A program made the translations under genes and the position numbers. Below the pieces are notes generated by a model that was given only the letters and a program-made list of their open reading frames with translations, did no database searches and was not told where the DNA came from. A stretch of DNA of 64,000 nt from Trichoplax sp. H2 (Eukaryota), in NCBI GenBank assembly GCA_003344405.1, contig NOWV01000201.1:1-64000 (forward strand), given 5' to 3'. Positions 1 to 12,821 of the stretch are shown here, one piece after another (positions within the stretch are counted from its first letter, which is position 1; the number at the start of each line of letters is the position of its first letter).

Positions 1-585
1 ATTTGGCTATTGCATCTAGCTTATTTGGCTATTGTAGGTAGCTTATTTGGCTATTGCAGGTAGCTTATTTGGCTATTTTAGCCACTTTATTTGGCTATTA
101 CAGCTAGCTTATTTGGCTATTGTAGCTAGCTTATTTGGCTATTTTAGCCAGTTTATTCAGCTATTGCAGCTAACTTATTTGGCTATTGTAGCTAGCTTAT
201 TTGGCTATTTTAGCCAGTTTATTCAGCTATTGCATCTAGCTTATTTGGCTATTGTAGCTAGCTTATTTGGCTATTTTAGCCATTCTTTTGGGCTATTGCA
301 GCTAGCTTATTTGGCTATTTAGCCAGTTTATTTGGCTATTGCAGCTAGCTTATTTGAATGTTGCAGCTAGCTTATTTGGCTATTTTAGCCAGTTTATTCA
401 GCTATTGTAGCTAGCTTATTTGGCTATTGCAGCTAGCTTATTTGGCTATTTTAGCCAGTTTATTTGGCTATTGCAGCTAGCTTATTCGGATGTTGCAGCT
501 AGCTTATTCGGATGTTGCAGCTAGCTTATTCGGATGTTGCAGCTAGCTTATTCGGATGTTGCAGCTAGCTTATTTGGCTATTGTA
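1..585. repeat. 22-bp minisatellite (GCTAGCTTATTTGGCTATTGCA and variants) with a 66-bp higher-order period; truncated by the window start
   Basis: Tandem units are directly visible. Variant GCTAGCTTATTCGGATGTTGCA occurs at ~476-563. The 47..322 ORF repeats every 22 aa (66 nt). Confidence 0.95.
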
Positions 586-1318
586 GCAGCATGGTCGCTG
601 TAAAGGCACTCATAGCAAAAATAATGTCGCAATCATCCTAGTATACGAAGTAGCAGAAAAAGCTGCCTTTCTTTGTCAAATCGATGAAGATTTTAGCTAT
701 CCCTATGCCCGTGTCCTTGATGGACTTCCCTACCCATTGGACTGCGCACCATTTCCCTGCGACATGTCCAATCCATACCGCTGAAACGGCTCTATACCTC
801 GATGATACTGGTCTAAGCAAATTGGCCAAGCTTCAATCCAATAAAGTCAGCAACCTTGAGGGAGGGGGGGGGGGTGATTGGGCTCAAAACTAGCAGATCT
901 ATTTGGACCAATGTATTAAAGATAGAGCCTGTAGCCATTTCAGCAGCATTGCTACCTATGCCATCGAGGCAGCGCAGCGAAAGTAATGTCGCCCGAAGAA
1001 TAGTCTCTTGATAGAGAAATCAATGACTCTAAGTGACACTATTTTTGCACGATACGCAGCGTCGATGACAAGCATCCTCGCCCACGGCGCTTCAAAATCC
1101 TCCTTTTCCTGCCATACAATTACTGTATTTTTACAGTCTTGCTTGCGTAGCAATCGCCCAACCCAGTACGACTGTCACCGTACGGCATCCCGTCCGCTGT
1201 CCGTCGGTCGAAACAGCCCGGTCCACCCTCATCCTGTACAACCTAGTGTATCCCTTCTAAGCTTTGAAGGCTACCTGGCAGTTGTTGTTGTTGTTGTTGT
1301 TGTAGAAGCAAATTAAAG

Positions 1319-4300
1319 ATGGAAGAGGATAGTCCAGTTGCTATCCAAGTGTTGGAAGAGCCTGAGAATGGACGTAAGAGAATTACATTTCGTGCTGGTG
1401 GTAAGAGCCATGAAGAAAGCCAAGAAAATCAGCAACGGCGTTTGTCGGCCAAATCGCCACGAACACCGACCATCCATATTGGTGGTGGCGGCGCTAGTAG
1501 TAGTAGTAGTAGTTTGAGTAGTCCACGAAGTCCAGTAGGAAGTAGTTCATCGCCTTTCTCATCGGGTAGTGGTAAAAAGCCTGAAGAGAAATTAAAGAAT
1601 AAAATGATGAATGTGTGGAATAATATGAAATATGGCAGTGGATTTGGTAAGTGACAGTAGTTGAATGTGGTCAAACGATGTTGATGAAATAGAGCAAGAT
1701 TGAATTCGTGGTTTGTATGCCAATCAACCTACTCAATCATGCCATAAGTCAACATAGTGTCTATAGTGCATTGAGCCAGAATAACAACCTGGTTCAAAAA
1801 ATGGCTTTCCATGCCAATTGGATATGGCCTTACTTTATTTGATCAATGCTCTTTCTCTTCAATATGTTTTACTCCATTCCATATTTTCCTCCATGGACGA
1901 CGATGATGATATCCATCTTCATCGATAGCACCGGCAACATTTCAAGAAGAATCGCCTATTTGGTTATTAGGCAGGTGCTATTTCTATAAAGAGCTGAAAG
2001 GTAAAATTCAATTGCCATGCAATCATTAAATATTCCTCCCTTTTCCTCTCCCGTCTTAATTCAATTTCCTCTTGCTTGTATACAACTCTTTCCCCCTTAT
2101 TTTTTTTGGGGGGGGGGAAGGAGGGAATTTTCCCAAACGTTGAAATACCTTACTTCACAGTCAATCAGTCCATGATGATGATCGCTTCCATCCTCATCCT
2201 TATCCACATTCATTTTGTCTTCAAGCCTTTCCAACCATTACCATTTCCAATGCTGTAGTTGCGTAACCGCAATTGACTTTAATCATTCTATTTTACAAGA
2301 CGGACAAAAGTAGGAAAGAGTCAATAAAACCAACCAACCATTGCCCATCACTAGAAAGATGCTATAGCCAAGTAGCATCCAACACAAGTTTTCTTTTTCA
2401 ATGGATCAACTTACCTACAACAGCAGCGATCTGTAGGACATGATCATCATCCAAATACCATCCAATGATTGCCACTCTGAGTCAAGCAAACGTAAATTAA
2501 ATTATTCAAGGAGGCAAAAAAAACAGATGTAGGCCTAGGAGGTTTTGCAACACTGCCAGTGGGAGTCATACGGTAGTCGAAAATGAGAATCATGTCTAGG
2601 CTATGATCCAAAATCATCCACGACTACCATTCATATCTGGCCCAAAGTTCTTCTATTTTTCAATCTTATCATAATTTTGCAGTAGTTTAAAATGCCGATC
2701 TTGACCAGCAATGGCTTCCAAGTGAGTTATCGTGGAATCGATCATGTCCTATCCCTGCTATACACCATGATGATGAAAAATCCAAATCCTCCACGAGTTT
2801 GGATCGTGGTCGAAATTGTTTCCTTTCTGTCAAAGATAGTCTTGACATTCAATGCTCTTGTTTTAAAAATGAATATTGTACAACAATATTCATCATCATC
2901 ATGAGTTAACCAAGAGTGAAAGAGTCACGGATACTGCCCTACCATGAATATCCACCAACTTCCATCATGGCCATGGACTGCACTGTCATCCTTTTTCTTG
3001 ACCGGTAGAGCCGATCTACAATCGTAGTCGATGATCATAGCCAAAGTGCATTTTTTTATTCTACCATCTATAAACATCATGTTGACATTCATGACGATCC
3101 CATTTTCAAAATGGATATTTTGCAACAATAGCTATGATAATGAGTTGACCAAGAATCACCCATGCAGCTTTGTATCAATTCAAAATGAAACTATCCATCC
3201 CCTAGCTTACATTCCCATTCGTCAACCAAGAGTAAGAAAAAGTCATGCTGCCTCATGATGAAAAAGGAAATCATCGTCCTCCATCATGGCCATAGGGATT
3301 TTCCCTAACGTGTACAAACATGGTGTTGACATGAAGGACGATTGCTATTTTCAACATGGCTATTTCGTATCAATAACGACTGTACGCCTATGATAATCAT
3401 AAATTGATGGCGAGTTGAAGAGTGATGGTAGAAAGGATCCATCGATACCATGATGACCAATTCAATAATCTACTAGTTTACCGATCATGGCCATGGTTGA
3501 TATTCCAGCGTAGTATCCAAGACCTGCATTGGGATAACAAGACTATCTTTTCAAATGGGTATTCTGCCATCATAATGACGGAGAGTGAAAATGGCCAAAA
3601 ATCATTTTGGCCATGATCAACGTCTTCGTATACACTTATTCTATTCCCCTCTTGCCCCCCCCCCTTAACATGGATACTGTAATTTGCTTCTATTTTGAAA
3701 ATGGATCTTATCCAACAATGGCCCATAATGATGAGTTAACTAGGAGTCAAAAGCAAATCCTTTTCAATATCCAATAGGTTAATAAGTAGTTTTGTCTTTC
3801 AAGGAAACGGTAATACCTTCAGCTTAGACCAATGCAATCATTTCAATTCGAGTCTTTAACAACTCCTTCCTATTTATAAACAGCAAGTTCCTTCATGCTG
3901 AGGCTATAATTGAAAAACCCAGTCTAAGCCGATGCATGCATCCCATCTTGTCCATGCATGCATGGCCCCCGTCTTGGTATCCCAATCCATGATGGAAAAT
4001 TACCTAATACCTTGTTGAAAAAAACTACCACCTCCACGGTTTGTTTAAGTGCTTGGAAAAAAAATAATTAGATTATAGAAAAATTTCCCCCCCCCGGTCT
4101 ACAACACTATTTCAAAAATGGTTCAATTTTAAAATAGAGTGGCATATCGTTGATTTTCCCATTTTAAATATCACCATTTCCATCACAAGCGATTCAATGT
4201 ACTGGTAGGAATTCAACGGCAATCATCATGATTGCAGTTAATAACTTGTAATCCATGAAATTGATAGGGGGGAAATGAATTAATTGCCGGATAATAGTAG

Positions 4301-7300
4301 AAAAATAATGAATCTCATGACCAACCTGCCAAGTCTCTATACATTACTGTAGTCTATCTTCCATCTGTTGGACAATCGTCTTTTTAACCTTATCCCCTTA
4401 GCGGATACAAATTCCAATTGAAAAAAAAATGTTCTTGCCTTGACCGAATCCAAGTAACAGTGTTAAACACAAGAGATGAACCATTGGCCAATGTCAATCC
4501 ATGAACATGGTCAAATTCATTTGCAACAGTTAAGTAAACTAAATAGAAACGACCCACTGAAAGCAAGACAATTTTATTTGCAAGACATGCTGTAGTTTAC
4601 CCATGGAAAATGCAGACTACAGCAAGAACTGCGATAGATGGAAGCAGGTTCACAATATTCTTTCACGCTTGTAATGGATCTCCCTCCTAAAATGGCTCAA
4701 TACTTTTCATAAAATAAGGGTATCGATCTTTTAGTTTTGCTCATGTTGATTGGATTCAAATAGAAAGAAATATAACGTGTATCAAATTAGACCATTTTTT
4801 TTCCCCTCATGCCAACATTTTCGTACCATAGAATAGTCCAATGTTGTTGGAATTCTCCTAGCCAACGCAATCAGTTTGGTTGCATCCATCATTGTCGTGA
4901 CTAAAATGTTAAACTCTACGATGCTAAAGTTAAAGTGCAATTTGAACCAATTCTTTCCCCTCCCGCAACAGCATCTCATCGATCGATTTTGTTGCATTCT
5001 AAACTTGGCCAGAAACAGTTGAAAAATCTCCTACAAGCTGCTGCTGCATTGCCATGATTTTAATGGATCTGCTATTGTAAGCCAATTTTCAAAAATATTA
5101 ACCCATGCACAAGAATACAACCATTGCATTAGAACGGAAAAGATTCTCTTGATAGGATAACTATAATGTCAGATCGCAAATAGAAATTCAAACCCGACGC
5201 CATAATATTTTAAATTAAAATCTTTTTAGGTTCTCATCCAGGGAGTAATACCGTCGATTCCTATGTACTATAATTATAATGTCAGATTACAAATAGAAAT
5301 TCAAACCCGACGCCATAATATTTTAAATTGAAATCTTTTTAGGTTCTCATCCAGGGAGTAATACCGTCGATTCCTATGTACTATAATTATAATGTCAGAT
5401 TTCAAATAGAAATTCAAACCCGAAGCCGTAATAATTATTCTAAATTAAAATCATTTTATGCTCTCATCAAGGGAGTAATGCCATCGATTCCTATGTACTA
5501 TAATTATAATGTCAGATTACAAATAGAAATTCAAACCCGAAGCCGTAATAATTATTCTAAATTGAAATCTTTTTATGTTCTCATCAAGGGAGTAATGCCA
5601 TCGATTCCTATGTACTATAATTATAATATCAGATTTCAAATAGAAATTCAAACCCGAAGCCGTAATAATTATTCTAAATTAAAATCTGTTTATGTTCTCA
5701 TATGTACTATAATTATAATGCTAGATTACAAATACAGATTCAAACCCGGCGCCATGCTATTCTAAATTAAAATTTGGGGGTTCTCATCAAAGGAGAAATA
5801 GGGATATCTTCTATCCAACTATCGATTCCTATGTACTAGAATATCAGATCAGAAATGTAAACTATAGTCCGACATTCTAACATTCTAAATAAAAATTTTT
5901 GACATCCTTATCTAAGGAATAATATGTCTTACATCCAACCATCTATTCCTAAGTACTAGATTATTAGATTAGAAATACAAACTAAAGCCTGAAATCAGAA
6001 CGCATTCTAAATTGAAATTTGGGGTTTTCATGGCAATAACAATGACTTATTATTCATAATTGACTCCTATAAGCTATTGAATTATAACATCAGATTGGAA
6101 AGAGAACGACATGATGACATTCTAAATGACAATTTTGTACATGTTTTCATCAAGGGAGTAATGATTGGATCTTCTATCGAACAATCGATTCCTCTATTCA
6201 CTATAATATCAGATCAGAAATACAAAATAAAAGCCCAATATCACGATGACATATTCTAAATTAAAACTTTTTTGTCTCCTCATCATTGGAATCATAATGA
6301 ATTACTAATAATCGATGCCTATGTACTATAATTATAATATTCGATTAGAGATACAAAGCAAAGCCTGACGTATGAACATTCTAAATTAAAATCTTTTTCA
6401 TCTCCTCATCAACAGAGGAATAATTCTATCTTATATCCAACAATCGATTCCTATGTACGAGTACAATAATATCAGGTCAGAAATGCAAAGTAAAGCCCGA
6501 CTTATGAACGTCCTAAATTAAAATCTTTTTCATCTCCTCATCAAGAGAGGAATAATTCCATCTTATATCCAACAATCGATTCCTATGTACGAGTACAATA
6601 ATATCAGGTCAGAAATGCAAAGTAAAGCCCGACTTATGAACGTCCTAAATTAAAATCTTTTTCATCTCCTCATCAACAGAGGAATAATTCCATCTTATAT
6701 CCAACAATCGATTCCTATGTACGAGTACCATAATATTAGGTCAGAAATACAAAGTAAAGCCCGACATCATCATGACATTCTAAATTAAAATGCTAGCCAA
6801 TAATATATTGACAACCAACCATCCATTCCTCTATTCTAATACATAAAAATGATCGTACACCTGTTTCTACTAGCATTGTCCATGGAAATCGTTATTGAAA
6901 TCATGTCTTTAAACTTGATTGTAATTGCTGTCCCTGTCGTTAATTAGAGTCACGTATTAATAAGCACAATCATCGGGAAGGAAACATCCCTACTCTACGA
7001 ATGATAATGAAACATTGATTTTCGTCATTGTAATCAACGATGGATGAGGATGTGGATCAGCAGCAGAGCCATCGCTTGAAGGCTGTAGTTTAGTCATGGA
7101 TGACTAGATGCACACCCATCTAGTTAGGCCATGACTTACTTGACGGATTCATATCAATCATCCATGATTTCTGCATCACTATTTTCAGCAGAAACTCGAG
7201 TAGATCAATCGAATGGATTGAGCTCTGTTGATCACAAAAAAAAAGCAATATCTTAGAGACAACATGTACAAAGACAGATGGCACAACAAACAGTGATGGA

Positions 7301-10300
7301 CACTGGATTGATTGAAAATAATGATTCTGTATTCGATATATTTAATTCAACAAGTCATCTCTTGAATACTGTACTACTGTCAAGAAAGCCGTAGCTAAGT
7401 AGATTAAAGACTACAATCAATCATCATCATACTGCAGTCATCGATGATCACCATTTTCAACATGGAGTTAAGGACATCGATCGATGAATTTTATTTACCC
7501 TGTTGACCACAAAAAGCAATATCTTCGTAATAGACAGTATATAGTATTGATTTATCATTTCTGTACTCAATGCAGTACACTAATATCGATCCAATTGATT
7601 TACTCCTATCATCAAGAAAGTACTATCTCTGTATGCATTTCGAAAATAAAATTCATCCTTTCAAATACTTGCGTAATTTTATAGCTGTTGACAGTCATCA
7701 TGCCAAGTCAATAAAGTAATGACTGTACTACTGTCTCAGTAGTTGCAAAATAGAATTGTTTAACCGCAAGTATTGTCTCATCAATAGTAAAAACTAATAT
7801 CTATTTTAATTATGGGTGCCATTTGAATCGATGTAGATAGAGAGAGGAAGAAGAGAGACTAGCGATATCAGTGATAGAAACCCANNNNNNNNNNNNNNNN
7901 NNNNACCATAAGTAAATTACAATCACAATGATTGGAACTGTAAGCAGATGATTTGCATTCCCTATTATAACTATTAATTTCAGTATGTGTATAAGTGTCA
8001 CTGTCATAAAAAGTCAGTGCTATATTAAAACACAGTATATCCAAATTAGAAGTTAACTAAATAAGGATAGTCTAACAGAATTATCCTAACATAGTTATTT
8101 CTACTGTAATACAGTATTTAACACTGTAACAACAGTATATAGTATTGATTTATCATTTCTGTACTCAATGCAGTACACTAATATCGACCCAATTGACTTA
8201 CTCCTATCATCAAGAAAGTACTATCTTTGTATGCATTTAGAAAATAAAATTCATCCTTTCAAATACTTGCGTAATTTTATAGCTGTTGACAGTCATCATG
8301 CCAAGTCAATAGAGTAATGACTGTACTTTGAGGAAGACTTTGTCTCAGTAGTTGCAAAATAGAATTGTTTAACCGCAAGTATTGTCTCATCAATAGTAAA
8401 AACTAATATCTATTTTAATTATGGGTGCCATTTGAATCGATGTAGATAGAGAGAGGAAGAAGAGAGACTAGCGATATCAGTGATAGAAACCCATTTTAGG
8501 ATACTTGTATACGATAATACTCATCTCCTCACATGTATTGTTAGAATGGCACAGTAGCGGGGATAGGGTGGCGATTTTACATTTAATTTCGATACAATAT
8601 TGTAATATCACTATTGCAATAAAGAGAAATGCTCATCAATAATTGATAATAATACGATCGTCTATTTTTTATTGCTTATTGTCAATTTAGTGGATGATAA
8701 AGTGTCCGATTCGCAGTATGCAATCTCAAGTCTAGAACAATTCTATAGTGATTTCATTTCCAGGCTATGGATGACCTACAGACGAGATTTCTCTCCAATA
8801 TACGGCTCTGGCTTAACAACCGATTGCGGCTGGGGTTGCATGCTTCGCAGCAGTCAAATGTTATTGGCATCGGCCTTGGTTTTCCATTTTCTAACCAGAG
8901 GTAACGGAATATCAATCCAATCATTTTTTCTTCAATCAACTACTGTAGTAGCAACACTAGCTGATATTGATTGGTTGTCGTCAAGTAGCGCATATCCTTA
9001 TTGACATTCATAACCAATCGATGACTCTCATTTTCGTTATATAGCTCACTTTTACTAGATGCTTGCTTTCAAATTGAATAAATCGTATTTCCTTCTCGCC
9101 TATTGATTCACCATTCCTGTATATTGTAAAGCGATATTGCTGTCAAAATTTTTTTCCTTTCCTTCATGACAATAGATTGGCGAATTAACAGCAGAACCCA
9201 TACGACAGAAGAAACATTTTATTATTTTCAGGTAATAAATTATTGATTTAGTAAATTGTAATAATAGATTCAATTTTATTACCCCGTAGTGTTGTTGTAA
9301 TTTTCACTATAATAATACCGAATAGTTAGAAATGTAGATTAATAAAGTTTTATTTAATAAATTACCTTAAAGTAAATATGAGCCATACCGATATTGAATT
9401 AGAGGAGATTATTCGATTGCGAAAATTGGAATAGGTGTCTTTTAACGCAATATCTTTGTTCTAAATGAATAGCGTGACTGTCCAATCATTTTATACCATT
9501 TTAAATAAATATATAATAATTAGCGATAATAAAATATGAGCATTACCAATATTGAATTCGATTGTAGAGAATAGTGTGATTTGCGATAATTGAAATAGGT
9601 GTCATTATCGCAACATCTTTGTTCTGAATGAATAGCGTTACTATACAGTACAGTCGTTTTATACTACTTTAAATAGACATAAAATAATTAGCAATGATAA
9701 AATGTGAGCATTACTCTTATTGAATTAGAGGTTGTAGAAAATATTGTAGATTACGAAAATTGAAATAAGTGTCTTTATCGCAATATCTTTGTTTTAAATG
9801 GATATCGTTACATATGCGATCATTTTTACCATTTTAAATAGACATAAAATAATTACCGATGATAAAATTTTTAACTTTATTGTCATATCATTCGTCATTA
9901 TTATTTATTATCATATTAACTAATAATTATTGGGTATTAGTAGCATTAACATAAAAATAAATAGTTGTCGGATTTGATATTTATCGTATGCTTGTTCACT
10001 TTCAAAGAAGGCCATGTCATTTGTCTACATCATTTGTACAACACGATTTGCTGTAATTTTTGAATTCTTTCTTTTAGATATTACGTTGGTTTGGGGATGA
10101 AATGACAGAGTATTGCCCATTCTCTATACATAATTTTGTTGAGGTTGGCTTAAAGCTAGATAAAAAAGCTGGTGATTGGTATGGACCATATTCTGCTGCA
10201 CAAATTATCAAGTTCGTAATGATTTCTAGTTTTAGAATTAAAAGTTTATTCTCCAGCGTCAAGTAACTGGTAGAGACTAATTTTAGGCTAATTTTTTAAT

Positions 10301-11690
10301 AGGGATAGCGTTGATAAAGCAATAAGGTTATATCCTCCTCTCGATGCACTTCGTGTATATGTTGCACAAGATTGTGTTGGTTAGTAAAAATCTTGATAAT
10401 ATTGATTTCATTAATTTAGGTTTATATTAATCATCGCACCAATATTTTGCTTTAGTTTGCAAGGAAGAGATTATGGAATTGTGTACCAAGCCAGTTCGTT
10501 ATCAAGGCATTGAACAAAGTGTTCCAGAGGATTTTTGGGCGGGGGTTATTATTCTTGTACCGATAAGACTTGGAGGGGATCATTTAAATCCTATTTATAT
10601 CCCTTGCATTAAGGTATGACTTCTCTTTTCTTTCTTTAATAACAAGGATCAATTTTTTGACTTGATTTTATATCAGCACACCCGTTATTTGGATTACAGA
10701 CTATATAACAAAGTTTTTTCGTTACTGTTGATATTTTTTACATTTAATATCTACACAGTCGTGCTTGCAATACAGATTATGTAATAAGCTTTTTTTGTTG
10801 CTGTTGATGATGTTTACATTTCATATCTATAATGTCGTGCCTGGAATACAAATTATGTAATCAATTTTTTCCTTGCTGTTGTAGTCAATCTTGACTCTAG
10901 ATCAATGCGTTGGTATCATTGGAGGCAAGCCTCGCCATTCGGTAACCTTTATTGGATTTCAAGGTATTTTCATTTTTGTGATTGTGTGATAAAATTTTTA
11001 AACCACACTTTTGTTAATCATATTCATTAAACTGATCCACTGTCAATATTGTTTAATCTTCTGTAGATAATAAACTCATTTACCTTGATCCTCATTATAA
11101 TCAGATGATTGTTGATATTCATCCACCATCGTTTAATACAAGGGTACATAAACTATTGCAAAAACTGTCGCTGTAACATTAAACATATAGCGAATACTAA
11201 AATGTTATTCTCATATAGTCCTACCATTGTACTACACCACGAAAGATGTCGTTTAGCAAGATGGATCCATCCTGTACTATGGGGTTCTACTGTCGTACTC
11301 GCGAAGAATTTGAACGATTTTGTAAAGTTGCTCCCGGGGTAGGTTTTATATGTTTCATAGATATATTTCATGATCAAAAAAAAGTTGTTTCTGAAGTTGA
11401 CCGCAGCAGTATATGGAGGCAACATAGCAACAATGCAGTTTTATTTTCCTCATTAGGTTCTACATCCGCCCATGCAGCGAGGGCATTATCCAATGTTTGT
11501 TTTTGCCGACAAGAGGGATCGAACTGATATTTCTCCAACTCTTCAAAGTAGTAATCTACTTAAAGTGGAAAATAAACATGCATCGCTATCATTGCCATCA
11601 TTAAGTGGGAGTACTGACTCACTCGATGACGAACCTGACTGTCCTCGTTCTAGATCGCAGTCTGTCAGTGAAGACTACGTCTTATTGTAA
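1319..11690 (+). CDS. ATG4: ATG4C/D-type cysteine protease (peptidase C54, autophagin), ~514 aa, 11 exons
   Basis: Exons 1319-1646, 1929-2000, 8691-8900, 9176-9231, 10078-10211, 10303-10379, 10456-10613, 10885-10963, 11067-11143, 11219-11338, 11457-11690; all GT-AG and phase-consistent (1545 nt). Motifs: [25 protein letters not shown], catalytic Cys in [35 protein letters not shown] (catalytic Asp/His), [11 protein letters not shown], and a C-terminal LIR EDYVLL*. Confidence 0.95.
5150..6790. repeat. Intronic tandem array, units ~113-132 bp (ATG4 intron 2)
   Basis: ATTCAAACCCGA...TCGATTCCTATGTACTATAATTATAAT recurs at ~5186, 5299, 5412, 5529, 5646. A degenerate middle section is followed by near-identical 132-bp units at ~6381, 6513, 6645. 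Confidence 0.9.
7534..8492. repeat. ~350-bp direct duplication (7534-7884 and 8132-8492) straddling an assembly gap
   Basis: The copies are near-identical with a few SNPs and one indel. The first copy ends exactly at the N run. Confidence 0.85.
7885..7904. other. Assembly gap (20 N)
   Basis: Run of n characters. Confidence 1.
9370..9870. repeat. Intronic tandem repeat, ~165-bp unit, about 3 copies (ATG4 intron 4)
   Basis: AAATATGAGC...TTGAATTAGAG...TTGAAATAGGTGTC...ATCTTTGTTCT recurs at ~9372, 9532, 9699. Confidence 0.8.
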
Positions 11691-12821
11691 ACTCGATTTT
11701 GCCACTACTTGCAGTATCATCAAGTAGAAAAGATAAAATAATTACAAATCTTTCTATTCGTTTATTGGTTCTCGTTAGATTTTGTAACAATTTGCCATAA
11801 ATGAAATTTGACCTGTATTTGATACTATCAAACAAATTCAAAACACCAAATGTAAAACTAAAGGATTACATCTGAGATTTAATTCTATTATTTAATATAT
11901 GCTGACGCTTCTCATTTTACATGAAATATAATTTATTTTGTTTGAATAATCCTATGCTAATGATTAAGTCGCTAAAAACTAGTATACTGTATAGTAATTT
12001 ATTCTACTATCGCTGTAAAATGTATCTTCATATACTCATTTCTGTAACCTAGAATAATCTTTTCATTCACTTATAATGGAAATGACGCATATCAAATGCT
12101 GTATTTACCCAAAACTTCTTTTTGCAAACTATTCGAAATATCTGATCTTTTTTGAATTACAGAGCGATATTATGTAATATAGACATTGGAAATTTAGAAA
12201 AATGTTATGCAAATTTAGTAGTAAGATATATAGTAAGCAGTAAATATTATCATTTGGTCAAAGTTGCTCTCCTTTATAAGAAATATTATCCATATTAATA
12301 TAATTTTGATGCGTCCTCCTTTGGAGTTATGGTAAAAAAATGCTTTTTATTAACTCGATTACATGGACAATGGCAATGAAATTTCTTTAATGAATCAAAT
12401 TATTTCCCATATTTTAGGGGAAAGCTTGATACTTTATTAGCGAGATATTTATAGTCATCATCATGGCTTAATACTTTGTAATATGATTAATTGCTGAAGC
12501 TTATTTGCATTAACTTGAAATTGAGGATATAAAATTTCTGCTATGAAATCGATTATACATTATTATCATTTTATGAATGGATTACAAGATCCCTTTATTG
12601 GCTTCCTGTGAATGCCTAGGGGATTGTTATTTTATAGTTCAATAATGTCACGATTTGTGAGCAATTGTTATTGGCGTCTTTGCAAGCGTTGCTATGTGGT
12701 ACAGCAAAGTACCAGCATTAAAATAAATAAATAAAAGTGTATCTATGTTGATCATAAAATTTATGGAGTAGAAATTTCAAGATAGCATTACAAGAAAGCA
12801 AATGCTATCCCATGTAAGATT

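Noticed and set aside
47..322. 91-aa hydrophobic repeat ORF
   Set aside because: By-product of the 22-bp minisatellite.
1085..1116. Minus-strand ATG...GGA TTT TGA AGC GCC resembling an antizyme +1 frameshift site (F-EAP)
   Set aside because: The +1 frame shows no antizyme domain similarity and stops at 956; probably chance.
5376..5765. 129-aa repeat ORF
   Set aside because: Translation of 117-bp tandem units inside ATG4 intron 2.
10212..10217. GTTCGT donors (here and at minus 27687) as possible minor-class introns
   Set aside because: They lack the U12 GTATCCTT consensus; these are ordinary weak U2 donors.
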